Positions 19,725 to 30,778 are shown, counted from the stretch's first letter. The stretch is DNA of 64,000 bases from an uncultured Candidatus Rokubacteria bacterium (GCA_963708025.1 CAVPSB010000015.1:32001-96000); one strand, 5' to 3'. A program made the numbers and translations. Notes: generated from the letters alone by a model not told the origin.

Positions 19725-21731
19725 ATGTTTGACCTGTCGCACGTGCGAGAGCGCATGGTCCGAACCCAGATCGCGGCCCGGGGGGTGCAGGATCCAGCGG
19801 TGCTGGAGGCGATGCGCAGTGTTCCGCGCGAGGCCTTCCTCCCGCCGGAGCTCGAGGAGTTCGCCTATGCCGACGCTCCGCTCCCGATCGAGCGTGGGCA
19901 GACGATCTCGCAGCCCTACATCGTCGCCCTGATGGCGGCCGCGGCCCAGCTCGGCCCCGCGGACCGCGTGCTCGAAGTCGGCACGGGCTCGGGCTACGCG
20001 GCGGCGGTTCTCGGGCGCATCGCGCGCGAGGTCTACACCGTCGAGCGACACGAGGATCTGGCGAGGCTCGCGGCCGAGCGGCTCGCCAGGCTCGGGTTCG
20101 CGAACGTCTCGGTGCAGCATGGCGACGGGACGCTCGGCTGGCGAGAGCACGCGCCCTACGACGCGATCCTGGTGGCGGCGGGGGGTCCAAAGGTGCCCGA
20201 GGCGCTCCCGGACCAGCTCGCCCCCGGCGGCCGCCTGGTGATCCCGGTGGGCGAGGGAAGGGAGGTCCAGCAGCTCCTGCGCGTCACCCGCGAGGCCAAC
20301 GGTGGCTTCCGGCAGGAGGAGCTCGGCGACGTGCGCTTCGTGCCGCTGATCGGGGCTCAGGGTTGGGCGGCGGAGCCGGCCGAGTGGAACGGCCGTCCAT
20401 CCCTGGCTCCGAGCCGTCCGGCCACGCTCACCCGCCTGGTTCGCGAGGCCGCCGAGCCGCTCGAGTCCATCGACGCCGGCGACCTCGGCCGCCTGCTCGA
20501 GCGCATCAGCGGGTCGAGACTGGCGTTGCTCGGGGAGGCGACGCACGGCACCTCCGAGTTCTATCGCATGCGCGCGCGCATCACCCAGGAGCTCATTCGC
20601 ACCCAGGGGTTCCGGATCGTCGCGGTCGAGGCCGACTGGCCCGATGCGCGGCGCGTAAACCGCTACGTTCAGGCGTTACCCGATGGGCACCGCCCCCAGG
20701 AGTCGGCATTCGCACGCTTCCCGACGTGGATGTGGCGAAATCACGAGACCGGGCGCTTCGTCGAGTGGCTCCGGAGCTTCAACGCCCAGGCCCGCGAGCC
20801 CGCGCTGCAGGCCGGGTTCTACGGACTCGATCTCTACAGTCTCTTCACGTCGATTCGCTCGGTCCTCGAGTACCTGGAGCGGGTCGATCCGCCGGCGGCG
20901 CGGGTCGCCCGAGAGCGCTACTCGTGTCTGACCCCGTGGCAGTCCGATCCGCACGCGTATGGCCGCGCCGCCCTCAGCGGCCGCTACCGTGTCTGCGAGC
21001 GGGAGGCGGTGGCGATGCTGCGCGACATGCTGAGTCGCCGGCTCGAGTACGCCGAGCGGGACGGCGAGCGCTTTCTCGACGCGGTGGAGAACGCGCGCCT
21101 GATCGCCGACGCCGAGCGCTACTACCGTGCCATGTACTACGGGGCGAGCGAGTCCTGGAACCAGCGCGATCAGCACATGTTCGACACGCTCGAGCGATTG
21201 CTGGCGTTTCATGGTCCCGGATCGAAAGCGGTGGTGTGGGCCCACAACTCGCACCTCGGGGACGCCAGCGCCACCGAGATGAGCACGCGCGGCGAGCTCA
21301 ACCTGGGACATCTCTGCCGGCAGCGATTCGGCGACCGGGCCTTCCTGGTCGGCTTCGGCACCGACCGGGGTACCGTCGCTGCCGCGCACGACTGGGACGG
21401 GCCGATGAGCGTCATGAGCCTCCGACCGGCCCACCCCGAGAGCTACGAGCGGCTCTGCCACGAGTCGGGCGTCGAGGCGTTCTTCCTCCACCTCCGCGAG
21501 CCCTCTCGCGACGAGGTGCGGTCCGAGCTCGGGGCGTCCCGACTCGAGCGTGCCGTCGGCGTCGTCTACCGACCCGAGACGGAGCTCCAGAGCCACTATT
21601 TCCACGCCTCGCTGCCCTACCAGTTCGACGAGTACATCTGGTTCGACGAGACTCACGCGGTGCGGCCGGTCACGGTTGGCGAGGCGCGGGCGCTCGCGGC
21701 GCTCCATCCCTTCAGCGTCGAGCCGGGCTGA
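19725..21731 (+). CDS. pcm: Protein-L-isoaspartate O-methyltransferase / erythromycin-esterase-family fusion
   Basis: GQTISQPY, VLEVGTGSGY; LLGEATHGTSEFY, WAHNSH, QFDEYIWFDET. Confidence 0.92.
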   Translation: MFDLSHVRERMVRTQIAARGVQDPAVLEAMRSVPREAFLPPELEEFAYADAPLPIERGQTISQPYIVALMAAAAQLGPADRVLEVGTGSGYAAAVLGRIAREVYTVERHEDLARLAAERLARLGFANVSVQHGDGTLGWREHAPYDAILVAAGGPKVPEALPDQLAPGGRLVIPVGEGREVQQLLRVTREANGGFRQEELGDVRFVPLIGAQGWAAEPAEWNGRPSLAPSRPATLTRLVREAAEPLESIDAGDLGRLLERISGSRLALLGEATHGTSEFYRMRARITQELIRTQGFRIVAVEADWPDARRVNRYVQALPDGHRPQESAFARFPTWMWRNHETGRFVEWLRSFNAQAREPALQAGFYGLDLYSLFTSIRSVLEYLERVDPPAARVARERYSCLTPWQSDPHAYGRAALSGRYRVCEREAVAMLRDMLSRRLEYAERDGERFLDAVENARLIADAERYYRAMYYGASESWNQRDQHMFDTLERLLAFHGPGSKAVVWAHNSHLGDASATEMSTRGELNLGHLCRQRFGDRAFLVGFGTDRGTVAAAHDWDGPMSVMSLRPAHPESYERLCHESGVEAFFLHLREPSRDEVRSELGASRLERAVGVVYRPETELQSHYFHASLPYQFDEYIWFDETHAVRPVTVGEARALAALHPFSVEPG

Positions 21732-21909
21732 TGGGGCCCGAGGTCGAGGAGGTGCTGCGGACACTCGACTGGATGCGGAGAGAGCGGATCTGGCCCCATT
21801 CTTCTCCACCTGCCGCTCGAACGACGAGTACGACCGGAACGCGATCACGCACGTGATGGCCTGCTCGTCCCTGCTTCCAGGGAGGCTGATCAGGCGGGGC
21901 GGGGGTTGA
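21731..21909 (+). pseudogene. Probable internally deleted gene remnant
   Basis: Coupled start MGPEVEEVLRTLDWMRRERIWP joined out of frame to a C-terminal-like RSNDEYDRNAITHVMACSSLLPG. Confidence 0.4.
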
Positions 21910-22017
21910 GCCGATGCCACGGCCATGAATCTCATCCCGCGAGATTTGAAGAACTGGCAGCTTCGCGTCGCCCGGCGGGCTCTCCTCCAGGGGTAGAATG
22001 GGGATGGCGAAGCGCCC

Positions 22018-23157
22018 ATGCCTAGAACGGTCCTCGAGCCGCGTTTTCAGGTCGAGTACCTGTCCATCCTCGACAGCGACGGGACGCTCGACAGCGCCCT
22101 CGAGCCGAAGCTTTCCGCCGATGACCTGAGATCGCTCTACCGCGCCATGCTGCTCGGCCGCCGCCTCGACGAGCGCATGGTGCGTCTGCAGCGCCAGGGC
22201 CGGATCGGCACCTTCGCGCCGATCAAGGGCCAGGAGGCCTCGCAGATGGGCAGCGCCTTCACCCTCCGGCGGCAGGACTGGATGGTGCCGTCCTTCCGCG
22301 AGACGGCCGCGATGGTCTGGCGCGGCTGGCCGATCGAGAAGCTCCTCCTGTTCTTTGCGGGCTACCTCGAGGGCGGCTCCCCGGCGCCGGACCAGCACGA
22401 TCTGCCGGTGACGATCCCGGTCGCCACCCAGCTCCCCCACGCCGTGGGTCTGGCCTACGCGGCGCAGTACCGCGGCGACGACGTGGTGGTGATGACGTTC
22501 TTCGGGGACGGCGCGACCAGCGAGGGCGACTTCCACGAGGCGCTCAACATGGCCGGCGTCTGGCACGTCCCGGTCGTGTTCGTCTGCCAGAACAACCAGT
22601 GGGCGATCTCGGTACCGCTCAAGAAGCAGACGCACTCCCGGACGATCGCCCAGAAGGCGCTGGCCTACGGGCTGCCCGGGATCCAGGTCGATGGCAACGA
22701 CGTGCTCGCCGTGTACGTCGCCGCCCGCGAGGCCGTCGAGCGCGCGCGTCAGGGGCAGGGGCCGACCCTCATCGAGTGCGTGACCTACCGCCTGGGATTC
22801 CACACCACTGCCGACGACCCGAGCAAGTACCGGTCGGAGGAGGAGGTGAGGGCGTGGGAGCGGAAGGATCCGCTCACACGCTTCCGCGCCTACCTCGAGC
22901 AGCGGCAGCTCCTCGAGGACGGCCTCGAGCAGCGGGTCGACGAGGAGATCGCCGCCGCCGTGCGCCGCTTCGAGGCGGCGCTGCCCGCGGACCCGCTGAC
23001 GGTCTTCGACCACGTGTATGCCGAGATGCCGCCTCATCTGGCAGCCCAGCGGGCCGAGCTCGAGGCGCGGCTCGCCGCCCGCGGGGAGACCCACGCCCCG
23101 GAGCCGCCGCCTCCCGCCGCATTGCCGATGCGGGGGCAGCGCGCGACTCGGCGGTGA
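22018..23157 (+). CDS. pdhA: Pyruvate/2-oxoacid dehydrogenase E1 alpha subunit
   Basis: LQRQGRIG, FGDGATSEGDFHE, NNQWAIS, HTTADDP. Confidence 0.92.
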   Translation: MPRTVLEPRFQVEYLSILDSDGTLDSALEPKLSADDLRSLYRAMLLGRRLDERMVRLQRQGRIGTFAPIKGQEASQMGSAFTLRRQDWMVPSFRETAAMVWRGWPIEKLLLFFAGYLEGGSPAPDQHDLPVTIPVATQLPHAVGLAYAAQYRGDDVVVMTFFGDGATSEGDFHEALNMAGVWHVPVVFVCQNNQWAISVPLKKQTHSRTIAQKALAYGLPGIQVDGNDVLAVYVAAREAVERARQGQGPTLIECVTYRLGFHTTADDPSKYRSEEEVRAWERKDPLTRFRAYLEQRQLLEDGLEQRVDEEIAAAVRRFEAALPADPLTVFDHVYAEMPPHLAAQRAELEARLAARGETHAPEPPPPAALPMRGQRATRR

Positions 23158-23161
23158 CGCG

Positions 23162-24142
23162 ATGGCGAAGCTGAACATGGTCAAGGCCCTCAACCTCGCG
23201 CTCCTCCAGGAGATGGAGCGCGACCCGGACGTGCTGATTCTCGGGGAGGACGTTGGCGTCGATGGCGGCGTCTTTCGCGTGACCGACGACCTCCAGCGCA
23301 AGTTCGGCGCCCGGCGCGTGATCGACAGCCCGCTGGCCGAGGCCGGGATCATCGGGACGGCGGTCGGGATGGCCCTCTACGGCCTGAAGCCGATCTGCGA
23401 GATCCAGTTCTCCGGCTTCGCCTTCCAGTGCTTCCACCAGATCGAGAACCACGCGGCGCGCTACCGGATGCGCTCGCAAGGGCGCTTCCACTGCCAGATG
23501 GTGATCCGGATGCCGTACGGCGGGGGTGTCCGGGCGCTCGAGCACCACACGGAGTCGGAAGAGCAGTTCTACGCGCACATTCCGGGTCTGAAGATGGTGG
23601 TCCCGTCCGGCCCGCGTACCGCGCGCGCTCTCCTGACGGCCGCGATCCGCGACCCTGACCCGGTCGTCTTGTTCGAGGCGAAGGCGCTCTACCACGCGGT
23701 GAAAGAGGAGGTGCCCGATGAGCCCGAGACCCTGCCCATCGGCCGGGCCCAGGTCGCCCGCGCGGGGGGCGACGTCACGCTCGTGAGCTATGGCGCCATG
23801 TTGCGCGTCATCCTCGAGGCAGCGGACGTGCTCGCCGCAGAGGACGGGGTCGAAGCCGAGGTGATCGACCTCCTGACCGTCTCACCCCTCGACCGCGAGG
23901 CGATCGTCCAGTCGGTCACGAAGACGGGGCGCGCGGTCGTCGTCCACGAGGCGCCGAGGAGCTTCGGTCCCGGCGCGGAGATCGCCGCGTCCATCATGGA
24001 GGGCGCATTCCTCCGGCTGGAGGCCCCCGTGCGCCGCGTCACCGCTGACGACGTGTCATTCGTGGGATTCGCGCGCGAGAAGGCGCATATCCCCAACGTC
24101 GCGCGCGTCGTTGCCGCCGCCCGGGAGACACTGCGCTTCTGA
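23162..24142 (+). CDS. pdhB: Pyruvate/2-oxoacid dehydrogenase E1 beta subunit
   Basis: GEDVGVDGGVFRVT, DSPLAEAGI, VVVHEA. Confidence 0.92.
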   Translation: MAKLNMVKALNLALLQEMERDPDVLILGEDVGVDGGVFRVTDDLQRKFGARRVIDSPLAEAGIIGTAVGMALYGLKPICEIQFSGFAFQCFHQIENHAARYRMRSQGRFHCQMVIRMPYGGGVRALEHHTESEEQFYAHIPGLKMVVPSGPRTARALLTAAIRDPDPVVLFEAKALYHAVKEEVPDEPETLPIGRAQVARAGGDVTLVSYGAMLRVILEAADVLAAEDGVEAEVIDLLTVSPLDREAIVQSVTKTGRAVVVHEAPRSFGPGAEIAASIMEGAFLRLEAPVRRVTADDVSFVGFAREKAHIPNVARVVAAARETLRF

Positions 24143-24549
24143 GCCGTCCGAGGACTCGCCGGTCCGAGTTCGCCGATCGACAGCGGCGGCGCGCGAAGCT
24201 GCTCAACGGCTTCACGACCCCTCGGCCTCACCGTGGAGAGCTGCCCGAGGTGTGAATTCCCCGGGCATCTCTCGTTAGCCCCCCGACGGATCTCTCCGAG
24301 CCCAGATTCACGGGGGACGGCGAGGAATTGCGCGTAGTCTACCATCCACGGCCCTGCTCGGGGTGAGCGGGCGAACTCGCTGGCGTCTTCGTCTTGACCT
24401 CGCCCCGCTCCCGCCGTAGCATCGCGGCCATCGGACGTGGCCTCGTCGCTGATCTGAAGGAAGTGGTCGAAGTCGATGACGCGGCGTCTGGCCGGTCTCT
24501 CGGTGAGATCGCTGGTAGAGGCGCGTGATCTACGTCCACGCACGGCATC

Positions 24550-25815
24550 GTGTCGGATCGCTGCCGGCGCCCGGCGCCGGTGGAGGAGACTGCCCTGGGT
24601 ACTCCCGGTGAGAAGATCCTCGGTCGCCTGCTCACGCTGGGCCAGTTCGGACAGGACGGGGGCATCTATTACCGCACGCCGTTCACCGCCGCCGAGACCG
24701 CGGCCATCGACCGCGTCGCCGAGTGGATGCGCGAGGCGGGCCTGGCGGTTCGGCGGGACGCCGTCGGCAACGTGATCGGCCGGATCGACGGGCGCGACCG
24801 ATCGGCCAAGGTCGTCGCCACCGGCTCCCACCTCGATTCGGTGCGAGACGGGGGGGTCTTCGACGGGCCCCTCGGGGTCGTCTCCGGGATCGAGGCGGTG
24901 AGCCGGCTCCTCGCCGACCGGGGGGCGCCGGCCCGACCGGTCGAGGTGATCGCCTTCACCGGCGAGGAGGGGAGCCGGTTTCCCGTCGGGCTCCTCGGGA
25001 GCCGGATGATGGCCGGGCTCCTCGCGCCAGCCGACGCCGCGGCCCTGCCGGACCGGGAGGGCACCCGGCTCGCCGACGCGATCCGCCGCGCCGGCCTCGA
25101 CCCCGCGGGGCTCGAGGACGTCGCGCGCGACGACCTCGGGGCCCTGGTCGAGCTTCACATCGAGCAGGGCCCGATCCTGGAGCGGGCCGGCGTCCAGGTG
25201 GGCATCGTCGAGACGATCGTGGGGCTCCACCGGTTCCAGGCAGTGGTCGTCGGCCAGGCCGACCACGCCGGCACGACCCCGCTCGACATGCGGGCCGATG
25301 CGCTGCTCGGCGCGGCGGAGGTGATCCTTGCCCTTCCGGAGCTGGTGCGGCCGTCGAGCGGCGTCGTCACGGTGGGCCAGCTCGACATCGCCCCGGGGTC
25401 GAGCAACGTCGTCCCCGGGCGGGTCGTGTTCTCGGTGGATCTCCGCCACCCGAACCCGGCCGAGCTCAACCGGCTGGCGGCGGCGGTCCAGGCGCAGGCC
25501 AACGCGCTCGTCGCCCGGCGCGGGCTGCGCCTGGACTGGCAACCCGTGGCGATCACGCCCCCGGTGGGAACCGATCCCGGCCTCCGGGCCCGCATCGAGC
25601 GCGCCGCCGCGGCCTTGGGCTTCAGCGCCCGGGTGATGGTCAGCGGGGCGGGCCACGACTCGATGGCCATCGCCGCCCGGTGCCCGGTGGCGATGATCTT
25701 CACGCCGTGCCGGGGCGGCTTCAGTCATCGTCCCGACGAGTTCGCCGATGCGCCGATGATCGATCCCGGCTTCGCCGTGCTCGAGCGGACGCTCGGGGAG
25801 CTGGCCTGGCAGTAG
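24550..25815 (+). CDS. M20 family Zn-dependent amidohydrolase (allantoate/N-carbamoyl-amino-acid hydrolase type)
   Basis: GSHLDSV, DGPLGV, EEGSRF, ELHIEQGP, HAGTTP, SGAGHD; exact start uncertain. Confidence 0.9.
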   Translation: MSDRCRRPAPVEETALGTPGEKILGRLLTLGQFGQDGGIYYRTPFTAAETAAIDRVAEWMREAGLAVRRDAVGNVIGRIDGRDRSAKVVATGSHLDSVRDGGVFDGPLGVVSGIEAVSRLLADRGAPARPVEVIAFTGEEGSRFPVGLLGSRMMAGLLAPADAAALPDREGTRLADAIRRAGLDPAGLEDVARDDLGALVELHIEQGPILERAGVQVGIVETIVGLHRFQAVVVGQADHAGTTPLDMRADALLGAAEVILALPELVRPSSGVVTVGQLDIAPGSSNVVPGRVVFSVDLRHPNPAELNRLAAAVQAQANALVARRGLRLDWQPVAITPPVGTDPGLRARIERAAAALGFSARVMVSGAGHDSMAIAARCPVAMIFTPCRGGFSHRPDEFADAPMIDPGFAVLERTLGELAWQ

Positions 25816-25899
25816 CCGGGCCCGCGGGCCGATGACCCCGGATCTCCTCGTCAGTGGGGGCCGATGGTCGGTCTCTTCCCGGTTGCCCACTCGGCCGTC

Positions 25900-27154
25900 T
25901 CAGTCCGGCAGCTCGCCCAGCCGCCGCTCGAGAAACCGCCGCTCCGGCTCCTGCCGCGTGAGGCCGAGGGCCCGCTCGTAGGAGGCTCGGGCTTCCGCCG
26001 TTCTCCCCAGCCGCCGGCACAGATCCGCCCGCGCCGAGTGCGCCAGGTGGTAGTCCGCCAGATCGCCGCGCGCCAGGATGGCGTCGATCAGGGCCAGACC
26101 CGCCGCCGGGCCGTCGCGCATCGCCACCGCCACGGCGCGGTTCAGCTCGACCACGGGCGACGGCTCCGCCCGCACCAGCACGTCGTACAGTCCGACGATC
26201 TGCGCCCAGTCCGTCGCGGCGGCGGTCGGCGCCTCGGCGTGCACCGCCGCGATCGCCGCCTGGAGCGTGTACGGGCCGAACCGGCGCGACGACAGCGCCC
26301 GCTCCACCAGCGCCATCCCCTCCGCGATCTGCTCCCGGTTCCAGAGCGAGCGATCCTGGTCGTCCAGCAGGACCAGCTCGCCCGCCGGCGAGGTGCGCGC
26401 GGCGCGCCGCGATTCGTGCAGCAGCATCAGCGCCAGGAGCCCCACCGCCTCGGGCTCCGGCAGCAGCTCGACCAGCAGCCGCCCCAGGCGGATCGCCTCG
26501 CCCGAGAGATCGGGCCGCGTCAGCGACGCGCCCGACGAGGCGGAGTAGCCCTCGTTGAACACCAGGTAGATGACGTGCAGCACGGTGTCCAGCCGGTCCG
26601 GCAGCTCGGCCCGCGCCGGCACCTGATAGGGAATGCGCGCGTCGCGGATCTTCGCCTTGGCGCGCACGATGCGCTGGGCCAGCGTGGGCGGCGCGGTGAG
26701 GAAGGCGCGCGCGATCTCCTCGGTCGTGAGGCCGCACACCTCGCGCAGCGTCAGCGCCACCTGGGCGTCCGGCGGCAGGGCCGGATGGCAGCAGGTGAAG
26801 ATCAGCCGCAGCCGGTCGTCCTCGACGCCCTCGTCGTCCCACGCCGCGGCGTCGCTGGCGTCGGCGTCGAGTCGCTCGGCGAGCTCCGCCAGCGACGCGT
26901 CGAACCGGGCGCGCCGGCGCATGCGCGTCGATGGCCTTGAAGCGGCCGGCCGACACGAGCCACGCCCGGGGATTGGCCGGCACGCCGTCCCGCGGCCATT
27001 GCTCCACCGCCGCGGCGAAGGCATCGTGCAGCGCCTCCTCGGCGAGGTCGAAGTCGCCGAGCAGGCGGATCAGGGTGGCGAGGACGCGGCGCGACTCGGA
27101 GCGGTAGACGGCGTCCACCCTCTCGCGCGCCCGCTCGGCCTCGTCCTCGCTCAC
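25900..27154 (-). CDS. ECF sigma factor with C-terminal TPR-like extension (ECF42-like); frameshift near 26925
   Basis: DFDLAEEA, DDRLRLIFTCCHPAL, GPYTLQAAIAAVH; downstream of YciI. Confidence 0.9.
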
Positions 27155-27171
27155 CAGCGGCGCGTCCTCGG

Positions 27172-27528
27172 CTACGGCTGGTCGAACTCCCTGATCGGCC
27201 GCACTTCGACGCTCCCCAGGCGCGCCGACGGGATCTTCGAGGCCACCTGGATGGCGTCGTTCAGGTCCCTGGCCTCGATGAGGTAGAACCCGCCCAGCTG
27301 CTCCTTCGTCTCGGCGAAGGGGCCGTCGGTGGTCGACACCTTGCCGTTCCGGACCCGCACGGTCGTGGCCGTCTGAACGGGCTGGAGGGCCTCCCCGCCG
27401 AGGAAGTGGCCGCTCTTCTGGATCCCCTCGGTGAACGCGAAGTACTCGCCCATGAAGGCGTCCGACTCGCTCTTGGACATGGCACCCAGCTTCTTCTCCT
27501 CATCGTAGATCAGGCACAGGTACCTCAT
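27172..27528 (-). CDS. YciI/DGPF family protein
   Basis: TDGPFAETKEQLGGFY, GSVEVRP. Confidence 0.92.
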   Translation of the reverse strand: MRYLCLIYDEEKKLGAMSKSESDAFMGEYFAFTEGIQKSGHFLGGEALQPVQTATTVRVRNGKVSTTDGPFAETKEQLGGFYLIEARDLNDAIQVASKIPSARLGSVEVRPIREFDQP

Positions 27529-27740
27529 GGCCCCTCCTGGCTGGTTGTGGTCGAACGGCCGTGGACGCCAGATAGTCGTTCGGGGGAGCCCAGAATCGAC
27601 ACCGGGCCTTTCGGGCGCGAAGGGTGTCCAGGACCGATGGCCCGACCCGACCCCACGAGTCTGCCGCTCGGAACACCGATGGCTGAATGAGTGTACTCTC
27701 ACGGCGATCGCGGGTGCATCCAGTTGCCGCAACGGACCCG

Positions 27741-28342
27741 CATGAACCCGTCCATGCCGTCCGGTGCCGTGCTCACCCGGACGGAGTGGGAGGTCATCGC
27801 CGAGATCTGCCACCGAGCGGACCTCTGGCTGATCTACAACGCGGCGATGGAGCGCATCCTGTACGACGGGGCCCGCACATCCATCCGGCGGCGCTTCCCG
27901 ACATGATGGCGCGGACGATCACGATCGGGTCGGTGTCCAAGGAGCTTCGCATGATCGGCTGGCGCGTCGGCTGGATCGTGGGACCGGCGGACGTCATGCC
28001 CGACATCGGGCTCGTCAGCATCTCGGACGTGGTCGTCCCGGTCGGGATCGCCCAGCCGGCGGCCGCTGCCGCCCTCGGTGCGCCGGACGCCGACGCCGAC
28101 GTCGTGACCGCCGTGGCCGAGTGGCGGCGACGCCGCGACGTGATCGTGGAGGACGGCCTGCGCTCGGCCACACGGGCGCGCAGGCCTCGGCTCGGCTGCT
28201 CGAGAAGGGACGCATCGCGGCCACGCCGATGGTCAACTGGGGCGTGCGGAACGGGCCCCAATTCGTCCGCTTCGTCTTCAGCAACGAGCCCGTGGCCCGA
28301 CTGCAGGGGATCGGGGACCGCGTCCGCCGCGCGCTGGTGTAG
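27741..28342 (+). pseudogene. Truncated, frameshifted class I/II PLP aminotransferase
   Basis: NPSMPSGAV, SVSKELRMIGWRVGW, FVRFVFSNEP in different frames; N-terminus missing. Confidence 0.7.
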
Positions 28343-28359
28343 CCGGATTCGCGTGCGGC

Positions 28360-28520
28360 CGAGACACCCGACTTCGATGCCGCGGTGCAGCGCGCGACCG
28401 CTCTGGGTGCGCGCGTGCTGGAAGGGCCGAGGGTGAACCCCAACTCCGGGCTGCGGGAGCTGTGGCTGTGCGATCCCGACGGCTACGTGGTCGTGCTCGC
28501 GAACCCGCGCGAACAGGGCC
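28360..28520 (+). pseudogene. C-terminal fragment of a VOC/glyoxalase protein
   Basis: DFDAAVQRATALGARVLEGP...ELWLCDPDGYVVVLA; no start. Confidence 0.55.
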
Positions 28521-28790
28521 GACATACCCGGCCAAGAAGAAGTCGTCGCGTGGCCAGGGCGCCAGGCTCGGGGAGGCGTGGCGAGGCTGCGGCGTCCTCG
28601 GTGGCGCGGGAGTTTGGACCGGTTACACCCGCTGGCGGGTCCTGTTCGTGTAGGCTATGCTGAAACCTTGGTGCACCCGCTGGGGGTGCCGTGGGGTGGA
28701 GACGACGGCCGGCCCGTATCGCGGTCGAACGGCCCACGTGCTCGCGAATGAGCGAACCCAGCCGCGCCGGGTGAACCGGATGGGCCGTCC

Positions 28791-29732
28791 ATGCGAAGAG
28801 TGACGCTCTACAGCAGTGCGCGCCGGCGCGGACCGATCGGTCCGCCCGCTTCGGCTCGCCACCACCACCCCGAAGCCCCGGCTCCTCCCGGCGACGAGCC
28901 GCTCGCCGGGACCGCGGGCCGGCGGCTCCGCCGGTCCTGGCGCCCGCTCCTCGCGCGCCGCGGGCTCTTGCTGGCGGCCGCCGGCGGCCTGCTCGTCGGG
29001 CTCCTCGTGGCCCAGCACGGAGCCCGGACGTCTCTGCCCCGCCGGATCACCCAGGAGGACATCGACGCGGCGGTGCTGCACACGCTGGCGACCAAGACCC
29101 TGCCGTCGCGCGCAGCGAAGGCCTACGCGGCCATCCGACCCTCCGTCGTGCAGGTGCGGGGATGGCGGAGCGACGAGGGCGCGAAGAAGGGCGGCGGGAA
29201 CAGCACCGGCACCGGGGTCGTGGTCGTCGACAAGGGGATCATCCTGACCAACCTCCACGTGGTCGCGGGGGCGGATCGGGTGGAGGTCGTCTTCGCCGAC
29301 GGGCTGGAATCCGAGGCCACCGTCATCGCGGTCCGGCCGGAGCACGATCTGGCGGTGCTCCAGGCGAAGACGATCCCCGACGACCTGGTGCCGGCCACCT
29401 TGCGGTCCACCCAGGACCTCGCCCCGGGCGACGAGGTCGTCGCCGTCGGCTTCCCCTTCGGCATCGGTCCGTCCGCCTCGGCGGGCGTGATCTCCGGGCT
29501 GGGACGCGAGTTCCGCTCCCCGCAAGGGCAGCGCGTGCTGACCAATCTCATCCAGTTCGACGCGGCGGCCAATCCGGGGAGCTCCGGTGGGCCGCTGGTG
29601 ACCATGGAAGGCGAGGTGGTCGGCATCGTGACGGCCATCCTCAACCCCACCGACCAGCGCGTGTTCGTCGGCATCGGGTTCGCCGTGCCCATCGAGAGTG
29701 CGTCGGCGGCCGTCGGGCTGTCCCCGTTCTAG
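28791..29732 (+). CDS. HtrA-like trypsin peptidase without PDZ domain
   Basis: GTGVVV, TNLHVV, DLAVL, IQFDAAANPGSSGGPL. Confidence 0.88.
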   Translation: MRRVTLYSSARRRGPIGPPASARHHHPEAPAPPGDEPLAGTAGRRLRRSWRPLLARRGLLLAAAGGLLVGLLVAQHGARTSLPRRITQEDIDAAVLHTLATKTLPSRAAKAYAAIRPSVVQVRGWRSDEGAKKGGGNSTGTGVVVVDKGIILTNLHVVAGADRVEVVFADGLESEATVIAVRPEHDLAVLQAKTIPDDLVPATLRSTQDLAPGDEVVAVGFPFGIGPSASAGVISGLGREFRSPQGQRVLTNLIQFDAAANPGSSGGPLVTMEGEVVGIVTAILNPTDQRVFVGIGFAVPIESASAAVGLSPF

Positions 29733-29761
29733 TCACGGGGCCGGGAGGAAGCGGGACGGGC

Positions 29762-30778
29762 ATGGAGACCCTGGAGCGAGGCCGCGGCGAGGTTGCGTCG
29801 CTCATGGAGCGCATCCTCTACGAAGTGAAGAGGATCGTCGTGGGCCAGGATCACTTTCTCGAGCGCGTGCTGGTGGCCGTCCTGGCGCAAGGACACCTGC
29901 TCGTGGAGGGCGTGCCGGGGCTGGCCAAGACCCTGACCGTCAAGACGCTGGCCCAGACCGTCCGTGGGACGTTCCGGCGGATCCAGTTCACCCCGGATCT
30001 CGTCCCGGCCGATCTGGTGGGCACCCGCATCTACAACCAGCGGACGGGCGAGTTCACGACCGCCCTGGGCCCCGTCTTCACGAATCTCCTGCTCGCCGAC
30101 GAGATCAACCGGGCGCCGGCGAAGGTGCAGAGCGCCCTGCTCGAGGTGATGCAAGAGCGCCAGGTCACGATCGCCGGGGAGACCCACCGGGTCGCGGAGC
30201 CGTTCGTGGTCATGGCGACGCAGAATCCCATCGAGACCGAGGGCACCTACCCGCTCCCCGAGGCGCAGGTCGACCGGTTCATGATGAAGGTGCTGGTCGG
30301 GTACCCGAGCGAGGAGGAAGAGTTCGTCATCGTCGAGCGGGTGACGGGCGCCGCGACGGCCGTCGCCGCCGTGGCCACCACCGAGCAGCTGAGTGCGCTC
30401 CAGCGGGAGTGCCGGACCGGGTACGTGGATCCCTCGATCATCCAGTACGCGGTCCGACTCGCCGCCGCGACCCGGGACCCGGCGCGATACGGCGTCGGCG
30501 ACCTGGCGCGATACCTCTCCTACGGCGCGAGCCCCCGCGCCTCCATCCACCTGATCGAGGGGGGGCGCGCGCTCGGGCACCTGCGGGGACGCGCCTACGT
30601 CCTGCCCGAGGACGTCACGGACCTGGCGCCCGACGTGCTGCGACACCGACTCGTCCTCTCCTACGAGGCGCTCGCCGACGGGATGACCGCCGATCAGCTG
30701 ATCCACCGGATCCTGCAGCACGTCCCGGCGCCCGAGAAGCCGCTGGCGGCCCATGTCAGAGTCGGCGCGCCGTCCTGA
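29762..30778 (+). CDS. moxR: MoxR family AAA+ ATPase
   Basis: EGVPGLAKT, RIQFTPDL, LADEINRAPAKVQSALLE, ATQNPIE. Confidence 0.95.
   Translation: METLERGRGEVASLMERILYEVKRIVVGQDHFLERVLVAVLAQGHLLVEGVPGLAKTLTVKTLAQTVRGTFRRIQFTPDLVPADLVGTRIYNQRTGEFTTALGPVFTNLLLADEINRAPAKVQSALLEVMQERQVTIAGETHRVAEPFVVMATQNPIETEGTYPLPEAQVDRFMMKVLVGYPSEEEEFVIVERVTGAATAVAAVATTEQLSALQRECRTGYVDPSIIQYAVRLAAATRDPARYGVGDLARYLSYGASPRASIHLIEGGRALGHLRGRAYVLPEDVTDLAPDVLRHRLVLSYEALADGMTADQLIHRILQHVPAPEKPLAAHVRVGAPS

Noticed and set aside
8616-20190. Very long ORFs 8616-12167, 16708-20190 and the 5' part of 17070-21731
   Set aside because: Arg/Pro/Gly-rich shadow frames of GC-rich DNA overlapping well-supported genes
19725-21731. 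Erythromycin esterase domain as an antibiotic resistance gene
   Set aside because: Pcm-fused members of this family are widespread and nothing here indicates macrolide activity
24143-24549. Hidden gene or ncRNA after pdhB
   Set aside because: No recognisable motif, RBS-supported ORF or convincing structure
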